Source: a virus (taxonomy: Duplodnaviria > Caudoviricetes). Taken from it: a DNA stretch of 64,000 nt. Below, in pieces: positions 45,800-53,840 of this stretch. Made by a program: the position numbers and the translations under genes. The DNA is taken from IMG/VR virus record IMGVR_UViG_3300031414_000005. One strand, given 5' to 3'. The first letter of the stretch is position 1. Each line of letters starts with the position of its first letter. The notes under the pieces are model-generated. The model was not told where the DNA came from. It saw nothing but the letters and a program-made list of their open reading frames with translations, and did no database searches.

Positions 45800-46360
45800 A
45801 TGAGTCAGAAGAACGTGTTGAACGAAAACAAAGAGCCAGCTTCAGCTGATCCGGAAAAAACTCAGAACGAAACACCGCCTGAGTTCCGTGGTAAATCCGA
45901 AGCAGACCGCCGTGAGAGCGATCTGCATTCTGATTCCATCAGCGAAGAGCAAGCTCGTCAGCTGAATGCTTCTGCTACTGGCGCCGCAGCTCCAGCTGCT
46001 TCAGGTGCCGGCCGTCCAGACATCACCAACGTGACCCCGGATACCTCCGGTTCGATCGACCGTGGTGCCCTGAACGCCGATGCCGCAGGTGTGCCGTGTG
46101 ACGCCTCTCAGGACAACCGTACTGATGAGGAAAAACGCCGTGACATCAATCAGGAAAACTACGAAGGCCGCAATGCCGACGTCCACCCTGATTCGCCCGT
46201 GCAGCCCGGTAGCCGTGACCGCATCGACGAAGCCCAGCGTGACGCTGAACACCCGGATCACTCCGATGAACAGCAACGTGCTGCGCAGACCCAGCAGACT
46301 GACGAACCGGCTCAGTCCGAAAACGCTCAGAACCATAACGAGCAGAACAAAGACCAATAA
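45800..46360 (+). CDS. Fully disordered acidic/hydrophilic protein
   Basis: 186 aa rich in D/E/Q/N/A/S with almost no aromatics; GAGGA RBS. Confidence 0.8.
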   Translation: MSQKNVLNENKEPASADPEKTQNETPPEFRGKSEADRRESDLHSDSISEEQARQLNASATGAAAPAASGAGRPDITNVTPDTSGSIDRGALNADAAGVPCDASQDNRTDEEKRRDINQENYEGRNADVHPDSPVQPGSRDRIDEAQRDAEHPDHSDEQQRAAQTQQTDEPAQSENAQNHNEQNKDQ

Positions 46361-46411
46361 TAGTGGTTTGGGCTAGGAGTGTCTGAACCCGTAACCCAAT
46401 GAGGAATGATC

Positions 46412-47260
46412 ATGGCTGATAAAGACGCATCCAAACAGTCTAACGACAATGGTGACGTAACTAAGCAGGAAAACGCGAGCGCTGGCGACGTACAGAAGTC
46501 AGTGAGCGATGGCAAAGAAACGTCATCAATCAACGTGGACCCGAACGCTGCGCTGGAAACGTCCAAGGACAATAAAACGGCTCAGTCTGCTTCCACGGCA
46601 GACCAGACGTCACCGGCTAAAGGTGGTAACACCAACGCCGGTACCGGGCAGGACTACGTCGCACCGGACTCCGATGACAAATCCAAAACCGCAGACGAGA
46701 AAAAGCGTGCTGCGTCTGGAGATGACACTCCGAATGCCGCTCCAGCGGATTCGGAAGAAGGTGGTGATGAAGAGCCCCCGACAGTGATTGAGCTGACCAA
46801 ACTGGTTGCGGATTCCTCTTCGGTTTCAGACACCCTGGTGAAAAGTTTCGAAGAGCGTCTGGATAAGTACATCACCGAGATGGCGCCGCGTAAACCGATT
46901 TCAATGGAAGATGCAGCGCGTAACCAGGTTTACCTGTGGGACACGTTGTCACTGATGTTGGATCTGTCACCGCAGGCGTTTGGCAAAGTGATGGACATGA
47001 CGTTGGCGAAAATCAAAGAGAACGCTAAGGGTGCCTTTGGCGCGACGTACATTCGTCGTGGCTTTGAGCGTATGGATGCTGCCTTAACCGGTAAACGTCG
47101 TCTGGCGTTTGATCTGTACCTCAACCTGCTGACTCAGTATGCCACGTTGGAAAACAAATCCCGTCTGAACAAGTTTGTTGACTTGCCTCGCACGGCAGAA
47201 GCGTTTTCTGATCCCAAGCATCAACAGCGTGTCCTGACGTACTTCGGTTCATTCCGCTAA
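46412..47260 (+). CDS. Protein with an acidic disordered N-terminus and a helical C-terminal domain
   Basis: GAGGA RBS; low-complexity first ~120 aa; L..Y...M.P.KP motif. Confidence 0.8.
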   Translation: MADKDASKQSNDNGDVTKQENASAGDVQKSVSDGKETSSINVDPNAALETSKDNKTAQSASTADQTSPAKGGNTNAGTGQDYVAPDSDDKSKTADEKKRAASGDDTPNAAPADSEEGGDEEPPTVIELTKLVADSSSVSDTLVKSFEERLDKYITEMAPRKPISMEDAARNQVYLWDTLSLMLDLSPQAFGKVMDMTLAKIKENAKGAFGATYIRRGFERMDAALTGKRRLAFDLYLNLLTQYATLENKSRLNKFVDLPRTAEAFSDPKHQQRVLTYFGSFR

Positions 47261-47263
47261 GCC

Positions 47264-47295
47264 AAAAAAAGGGAGAGGCGCAAGCCTCTCCCTAT
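47264..47295. terminator. Bidirectional terminator
   Basis: A7-GGGAGAGGC-GCAA-GCCTCTCCC between convergent genes. Confidence 0.85.
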
Positions 47296-48513
47296 TCAGG
47301 CATTTATGTTGACTTGACGAGCATACTCCTCCAGACAACCGGCATCCTGCGCCAGTAGCTTGGCCACCCCATCGGTCAGTTGCCCAAAGATGTAGAGCAC
47401 ATTGCTCAACGCCTGGAACTTGACATTGATAATCGCCAGCTCGTCGTTGAACACCCGGAACGCCGCATCGTTAATTCGCCCAGTGTTGGCATCGGCACGG
47501 ATTTGGTTGTTCAGTGTGATGAACTTGCTTTGCAGCTTGTCAAAGCTCTTGCGCATCTCGGTCATGTCCTGCACCGCTGGGAACACGGCGGTGATGTCGG
47601 TCGTCAGCACCGTAGAGCGCCGCAACGCCCCCAGGAACTCACCGTCCGGCAAATGGGTTGGTGTACTGATCAATCCACTCACACCATCCTTTAATGCCCG
47701 CAAGACGTCGTTGGGGTCCTTCAGGAATTCAGCTTGGGTAAAGGTGACGTTTCGCCCGGCGGTGTTGATCCCCCGTGGCAAACTCTTCACCAGATCCCAG
47801 AACGCCGCAGAATCCTGAAGCGGATAAATCCGCAGGTTCCCGACCAACGCATTGTCCGTGTACGCCTGGAACAACGTGGTGTACTCGTAATGCAATTCGG
47901 CAATCACCCGTGGGAACGCCATTTTCACCGCGTTGCTGTCAAGGTTGTATTCCTTGGCATTGCCGGTCAGCAGGGCCAGGAAGAAATCCCCACCCCGTCG
48001 TGCTGCTTGAAACCGGGGAGATTTAAAGAACACGTCATTAATCCGCTGTTGTTTCTCCGCACTCATGGTTTCCGTGAGATTGGCGATTTGCCGTTCCAGG
48101 TTAACGACTTGCGTGCTCAGCGTGCGTTTGGACTGACGCAGTTCATTGATACGGTTGTCATAACCTTTGAACTTGGCCAGGATCCAACTCACCAGTTTAT
48201 AGAGAATACCAAGCACCCCTGTGATGATGGTGACCAACACCCCTGCCCGGGTTTTATCAATGGCTTCCAGTGCGTAGTTCACCCCCATTTGTGACGGGGC
48301 CGAAGGGAACATCGCCGGTTGCCAACTGAGGTCATTGAGGGTGGCCTCAATTGACTCCATGGTGCCGCGACTGACCCCATTCTTTTTGATAGCGTCAATA
48401 GACTCTAACGCAAACGTGTACTTGTCCCACAAGGCGGGTTCTGCCCTGGCCAGGAGTTCGTGTTCACGCAGGATAGACTCTAAAGACGCCACCGGTGTTA
48501 CCGTGGCGTCCAT
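47296..48513 (-). CDS. Putative internal head/ejection protein
   Basis: 405 aa; SLE, ALE, TME and ALE sites in the N-terminal ~85 aa, then a hydrophobic helix. Confidence 0.65.
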   Translation of the reverse strand: MDATVTPVASLESILREHELLARAEPALWDKYTFALESIDAIKKNGVSRGTMESIEATLNDLSWQPAMFPSAPSQMGVNYALEAIDKTRAGVLVTIITGVLGILYKLVSWILAKFKGYDNRINELRQSKRTLSTQVVNLERQIANLTETMSAEKQQRINDVFFKSPRFQAARRGGDFFLALLTGNAKEYNLDSNAVKMAFPRVIAELHYEYTTLFQAYTDNALVGNLRIYPLQDSAAFWDLVKSLPRGINTAGRNVTFTQAEFLKDPNDVLRALKDGVSGLISTPTHLPDGEFLGALRRSTVLTTDITAVFPAVQDMTEMRKSFDKLQSKFITLNNQIRADANTGRINDAAFRVFNDELAIINVKFQALSNVLYIFGQLTDGVAKLLAQDAGCLEEYARQVNINA

Positions 48514-48522
48514 AGGGGTTCC

Positions 48523-50073
48523 TTAGATTGTGCGCAGGCTGAGGCTGCGCAACAGGTTGTTGGTTCGGGTTTTGATTTTACCCACATCCGCATTCAGCAG
48601 TGCCTGCACACCCATGCCAGTGACGGTGTCCCATTTGAAATCGTCCAGGGACTCGTTGTACTTCGTGAGTTCCCAGTCCGGCTTCCCGTCGTCACCCCGT
48701 GTGATCGCGATGCTACCATCGGCCACGGCCGGGTGATTACTGATGAACGTCTGGTACTGGTCCAGGTTGCTCACCATGTTGGCGGTGATGATCGCACTCA
48801 CCCGCTGATGCCACAGACCCAGCGTCGAGATGTTGGTGCGTACCGCTTTGACCAGGTTGTTCAGGGCCATCACAAATGCCGTGATGTTCTGGACACTGGA
48901 GACATAACGGACGTAGACATTGGCAAAGGCCGGGCTGTTCAGCGACTGTGCGAGCTTGGCATCGTCAGTTGACAAGTTGTCGTTTTTCAACAGCTCGTTT
49001 AACACCGACACATCAATGCTGGCCATGTTAGTCACACTGCCTTTCATGAAGGTGGCCAGGCGGGTGTTTAACGCCACCAGGTTCTCATCACTTTTCAACA
49101 TGTCTTTGAACTCGGTTTTCACCGCACGGGCGATACTCCCCAGTTCATTGAACTGCTCAGACATGCTGGTCAGTTCATTGCCTTTGTCACTTCCCAGCAA
49201 CACCAACAGACGGTTCAGTTCCGTGCCCAGACGACCGGTGTTCTCCGTGAAGTTACTGGCCAGTTCAATTCGGGTGGCGTAATCGTTCAGCTCGGACTTG
49301 CTCAGCATCGGATTGCGGGAGACACTGCGACGCAGGTCATTCATTACCCGTTTCACTTCGCTGCGAGAGCGAGTCACTTGTGCGGTCAGTTTCGGGATCT
49401 CTTTGCTGATGCTTTGCAGCACCGGCGTCATTTCTTCCGCCTGATCCACTAAGGACTTCAAACTCCCTACCCGTTCCCCCACGTAGGCCAACTGTACCGC
49501 ATTGTTAGCGTCTTTCGGGATTTGGCTGAAGTAGTTAGCCAGTTCCACGTTAGAAGCCACACCAACCGCTTTGGTGACGCGTGCGAGGTCATCCTGAATG
49601 GCGGTGGCCACGTATTCACGACGGGTCAGCATATCAGCCGTGGATTTAAAGCCCGTCCACTCCAGCACCTTCCCTTTCAGGAACTGCCAGGCCTGCTTGA
49701 TATACTCAATGACTTTCTTAACGAAAGCCACGATGGTGTCTTTGATTGCACCGAACACCGATTCCATGGAACTGCGGAAGTTCACACGGGAAGGCACATC
49801 CGTGAAATGCTCCAACCCCATGCCGGGCTTGGCCAGGTGCGGGCACTTACGGTACAGTGCAGCCATGACCGGACGGGAGATCCCTTCATCAATCGTCAAG
49901 GCTTCCAGCGCAGCAACCATGGCAGAGATCTGGTCTTCGGTCCCCGCAGCGGTTTTGTACGTTTCGGTCAGGGTGATCTGTCCTTCGTTGGTCAGCGGGT
50001 GTGCAACGTGGTACGCCACATCCGGGGCAAACCCATCGAGTTGCAACCCACTATCAATGATTGCGTCTGTCAT
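48523..50073 (-). CDS. Putative internal head/ejection protein (paralogous architecture)
   Basis: 516 aa; ALE, GLE and SME sites followed by a ...FVKKVIEYIKQAW amphipathic helix. Confidence 0.65.
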   Translation of the reverse strand: MTDAIIDSGLQLDGFAPDVAYHVAHPLTNEGQITLTETYKTAAGTEDQISAMVAALEALTIDEGISRPVMAALYRKCPHLAKPGMGLEHFTDVPSRVNFRSSMESVFGAIKDTIVAFVKKVIEYIKQAWQFLKGKVLEWTGFKSTADMLTRREYVATAIQDDLARVTKAVGVASNVELANYFSQIPKDANNAVQLAYVGERVGSLKSLVDQAEEMTPVLQSISKEIPKLTAQVTRSRSEVKRVMNDLRRSVSRNPMLSKSELNDYATRIELASNFTENTGRLGTELNRLLVLLGSDKGNELTSMSEQFNELGSIARAVKTEFKDMLKSDENLVALNTRLATFMKGSVTNMASIDVSVLNELLKNDNLSTDDAKLAQSLNSPAFANVYVRYVSSVQNITAFVMALNNLVKAVRTNISTLGLWHQRVSAIITANMVSNLDQYQTFISNHPAVADGSIAITRGDDGKPDWELTKYNESLDDFKWDTVTGMGVQALLNADVGKIKTRTNNLLRSLSLRTI

Positions 50074-50561
50074 ACCACACCATCCTCACGTGCCGCCACT
50101 ACCAGGTTGCCAGTGAAGCAATGACCCACACGGGTGATGCCCCGCATGATCTCACCGTTAGCCGGGTCTTCTTCACCCACCACCAGGGATTCAAACGCCG
50201 GGTTCATCTGCTTGCCGACACTGATCATGGCACGGGTCAGCACATCTGACTCAATGCTGTTTGGCATGTGCACCATGTTAAAGCGGGCGCTCCACAGCTC
50301 ATAAGTCAGTGCATAGACACGTTGCACGTCATACGACGCCGCTTCGTTCACGGTACTCAGGGCTTCTTTAACGATCGGGGCCAGTTCATTGTTGAAGTAA
50401 CCGGTTGGAATGATGTTACCGTCTGCCGGGACCGGTAGGTTGTATGCGACACCGCGTGCGATCGCCAGTTCCGCTGCTGCGGTGCGTTGACTCACGGTCA
50501 GTGAAGCATTGTTACGAATGGCCGCCAGTGCACTCACCAGAGCATCAATTTTAATAGACAT
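50070..50561 (-). CDS. Conserved virion-region protein
   Basis: 163 aa, coupled to its neighbours. Confidence 0.7.
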   Translation of the reverse strand: MSIKIDALVSALAAIRNNASLTVSQRTAAAELAIARGVAYNLPVPADGNIIPTGYFNNELAPIVKEALSTVNEAASYDVQRVYALTYELWSARFNMVHMPNSIESDVLTRAMISVGKQMNPAFESLVVGEEDPANGEIMRGITRVGHCFTGNLVVAAREDGVV

Positions 50562-50563
50562 TA

Positions 50564-52009
50564 TCAGGTATCCTCACGCAGTAATTCAAATCTGTTAGCT
50601 TGTGAATAGAGACTGTTGTTAACCAACGACTCTAAGGTGACTTGCATCTGTTTGATGTTGAGCTCATTACGGGCCGCGGCATTAAACAGCTGCACAAAAC
50701 TTTTGGCCAAGGCGTTATCTTTACCGATGTTCGCCAGGGCTTTCTTACCGTTATCAATATCAAGCTGCAACAGCTGACGTTCATCGCGGGTCAGACCCGG
50801 GTTCTTCAACTGCGCATACATCTCACGCAACGCACGTTCTGCTCGACCGCGATAGTCGTCGTACATCTTACCGACATAGTTGTCGTTCAGTGACGAGGTG
50901 GAAATCAGATTGACCACTGCAATAACTGACCCCATCATCCCGCCCACGGTGGCACCCAGTAACAGACCGAGGCCTGCACTGCCGAACCACAGCGCGGTCG
51001 CGGTCAACGCAAACCCAGCACCGGCTAGATTACGGGCGAGGCGTTCTGCACTGCGCTGCTTTTGGAATGTAGCGTATTCATCCCCAAACATGCTGATGAC
51101 TTCAATCCCGGCACGTCCGGCACCAAAACGGGTGGCAAAGATATCCGCACCATTTTCGTTATTGATATCATCGTAACCGTAGGCCTGGTAAATGCTAATA
51201 CGTTGCTGTTGGGCGCGCCCCTGGAGTGAGACATAGTAAAGCGGGCCGTCATTCTTCTTCGCCAGTTCGTTCTTATCCGGCAGTGGCGTGTTGATTTCAT
51301 TTTCCAAGTCCACCAAAATCTGACGACGCTTACTTTCATCAGGCTCGGCGACCAGACAGCAAATCGCCGCGTTGATGACCAGGTTGGTGCGCACACCGTA
51401 CACCATGTACTCAAAGACGTCCCAGACATGTCCCAGTTCGTGCAGGAACGTAAACACAATGTGTTCCCCTTTCAGGGTCTTATTGCTTTTCTGTGACTGC
51501 TGCTTGGCTTTCAGGATGAAGTCATCCGAGATCCCCACTTCAAAAGGAATCCGGGTGAAGTCACCGGTCAGCTGTGCGGTCTTTAAGTCCACCCCGCCTT
51601 TTAACACCCCTTTGCTCTGGGTGTAGAGTTTCCCCAGTACCGCTTTATCAAAGTTGCGCCCTGTGTACGCTTTCCAGTTCTCAAAGATCTGGTGATTCAG
51701 GATATGGCCGGAACCGGGATCCGCCATGTTGGTGTACATGTTGAAACTCAACTCGGGTCGGAGTTTGGTATCCACCACGATCATCTCTTTTAAGAACATG
51801 CCGCGTTGTGCTCGCACCAGTTTTACCAGAGATGTCCCATCGATCATTTTCTGGGTGATCAAACCGTCGGCGGTGGTTGCTGTTTGGTCAATGATTGACT
51901 GGAAGATATTGCACAGCAGTTTGTAAAACCCCGGCGGTTGAAAATCAATGGCCTCTAAACCAAATCCGGTGACCGGGAGATCGGGTTCAAGCCGAGTGAG
52001 CGAAAGCAT
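50564..52009 (-). CDS. Putative virion Zn-metalloprotease with a transmembrane hairpin
   Basis: GLE site at the N-terminus; HELGH (51428-51442); downstream ENGADIFA; Gly-rich hydrophobic stretch of ~40 aa. Confidence 0.7.
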   Translation of the reverse strand: MLSLTRLEPDLPVTGFGLEAIDFQPPGFYKLLCNIFQSIIDQTATTADGLITQKMIDGTSLVKLVRAQRGMFLKEMIVVDTKLRPELSFNMYTNMADPGSGHILNHQIFENWKAYTGRNFDKAVLGKLYTQSKGVLKGGVDLKTAQLTGDFTRIPFEVGISDDFILKAKQQSQKSNKTLKGEHIVFTFLHELGHVWDVFEYMVYGVRTNLVINAAICCLVAEPDESKRRQILVDLENEINTPLPDKNELAKKNDGPLYYVSLQGRAQQQRISIYQAYGYDDINNENGADIFATRFGAGRAGIEVISMFGDEYATFQKQRSAERLARNLAGAGFALTATALWFGSAGLGLLLGATVGGMMGSVIAVVNLISTSSLNDNYVGKMYDDYRGRAERALREMYAQLKNPGLTRDERQLLQLDIDNGKKALANIGKDNALAKSFVQLFNAAARNELNIKQMQVTLESLVNNSLYSQANRFELLREDT

Positions 52010-52081
52010 GCATGTTCCTTATTTACAGACATGAGAAGGCCGATGTTATAGTCGAGCATAAAATGAACGAGTCTGAGCCTT

Positions 52082-53791
52082 ATGACAACTGCCAATACTG
52101 ATATTCAATATGATTGCAAGCATGTTTTTTACACCGAATCATCTCGCAGTCGTTCCGACCTTCTATTGATTAAAGAACACGAAGTCCATCCGGACGGCAC
52201 CCGTAAACCAACACTGCGCCGGATCAAAGATTACAAACGTCCTTTTTACATCGTGCGGGAAGGGTTCCGCAATTTTAACGATAAGAAGGATTACATCCCG
52301 AAGAAAATGGTGCAGGAGTTCAAGTCCACCCATTGTGACCTGGTGAACGCCATCAGCCGTGCGTTGTATGGTCGTAATAGCACCAACGGTAACTTGCGAC
52401 AGATGTGTCGTAGCCCGTATGTCTATGGTTGTGACTTAGAACCACCAGTGTACATCAAGAACCGCTACCGCATGCGTTACCCGGATGCCCAGTCTGTCTC
52501 CACGGTGTCGGTGTTCGATATCGAAACCAACGTGGTTGATGGTTCAGGTGATATCCTGATGGCCACCCTGTCATTCAAAGAACGGATCTTTACGTTCGTG
52601 GTACGCAGCTTCTTAGGTCGGATGCCTGACGAAGTGATGCTGGAGAAACTGCGGGAAGTCGAACAAAAGTATCTGCGGGAACACCTCGATCCCCGTAATG
52701 CCACGGTTGAGTACCTGTTGGTTGATACCCCACTGGAAGGGATTCAGGCCTTGTTCGCCAAAGCACACGAATGGAAACCCGATTTCATCACGGGCTGGAA
52801 CTTGTTTGACTTTGATATCCCCAAAGTACTGGATCTGATTCAGCGTGCCGGTTTGCACCCCGAAGACATTTTCTGTGCCCCGGAAGTCCCGGAAGAATAC
52901 CGCAGCATGGTGTTCAACAAAGGCAAGACTCACAAGTTCAAAGAGGACGGTACGAAGACCCCACTCAAGAACTATGAGAAGTGGCCCTACATCCTGGCCC
53001 CAGCCTCGTTCCAGTGGGCAGACAGCATGTGTATCTATCATGGCCTGCGCATCGCGAAGGGTAAGGAACTGAAATACACCCTGGACTACATCGCTGAGAA
53101 AAACATCAAAATCGGTAAGATGAAGTTTGAGGAAGCAGACGGCTTTGTTTCCAGCAGTCTGGAATGGCACGATTACATGCAGGCTAACTACCCGTTTGAA
53201 TACGTGGCATACAACATCTTCGACTGCGTGGTTGTCGAACTGCTGGACGAGAAAATCATGGACCTGTGCATGACCGTTCCGTTCTTCTGTAAAGACTCAC
53301 AGTACAAAGACTTTAACTCACAACCGCGTCGTATTTCTGAGGCCATGGAGTTTGAAGCCCAGGACCGTGGGTTTGTCTGGGGGACCACCTCAGATAAAAT
53401 GAAACATGAACTGGATGAGCATTTACCGTCCTTGTCGAAATGGATTGCGATCTTGCACACGGAGATGGTGGCCTTGAATGGGCGACCGATGTACAGCGAG
53501 TTCCCGAACCTCTGTTCCAACATCCATGAAGAAACCAACGACATCGATGTGGAGGGGGCATATCCCACCGGTACGTTAGCCATGAACGTGGGTAAAACCA
53601 CCACATGGATTGAAACCTGTGAGATCGACGGGTTGGACTTCTGGCAGTTCCGTGAAGTGGCAGTGAACCTGGCAGCCAGTCATATCAGCAACGCGTCTGA
53701 GATCGTCCAGATGGTGCACAAGGCCCCAGGCTTTGATACCTTACTGTCTGATTTCATGACCGAGTCTGAATCTGTTGAACAAGCGGCATAA
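52082..53791 (+). CDS. Family-B DNA polymerase, 3'-5' exonuclease + motif A subunit (phiKZ gp82-like)
   Basis: ExoI FDIET, ExoII GWNLFDFD, ExoIII YNIFD and motif A DVEGAYP. Confidence 0.9.
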   Translation: MTTANTDIQYDCKHVFYTESSRSRSDLLLIKEHEVHPDGTRKPTLRRIKDYKRPFYIVREGFRNFNDKKDYIPKKMVQEFKSTHCDLVNAISRALYGRNSTNGNLRQMCRSPYVYGCDLEPPVYIKNRYRMRYPDAQSVSTVSVFDIETNVVDGSGDILMATLSFKERIFTFVVRSFLGRMPDEVMLEKLREVEQKYLREHLDPRNATVEYLLVDTPLEGIQALFAKAHEWKPDFITGWNLFDFDIPKVLDLIQRAGLHPEDIFCAPEVPEEYRSMVFNKGKTHKFKEDGTKTPLKNYEKWPYILAPASFQWADSMCIYHGLRIAKGKELKYTLDYIAEKNIKIGKMKFEEADGFVSSSLEWHDYMQANYPFEYVAYNIFDCVVVELLDEKIMDLCMTVPFFCKDSQYKDFNSQPRRISEAMEFEAQDRGFVWGTTSDKMKHELDEHLPSLSKWIAILHTEMVALNGRPMYSEFPNLCSNIHEETNDIDVEGAYPTGTLAMNVGKTTTWIETCEIDGLDFWQFREVAVNLAASHISNASEIVQMVHKAPGFDTLLSDFMTESESVEQAA

Positions 53792-53797
53792 TCCATC

Positions 53798-53830
53798 AAA
53801 GGGGAGAGGCGCAAGCCTCTCCCTCTTTTT
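53798..53830. terminator. Bidirectional terminator
   Basis: GGGAGAGGC-GCAA-GCCTCTCCC with T tracts; same hairpin as 47271. Confidence 0.85.
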
Positions 53831-53840
53831 AGGTTTTTTT

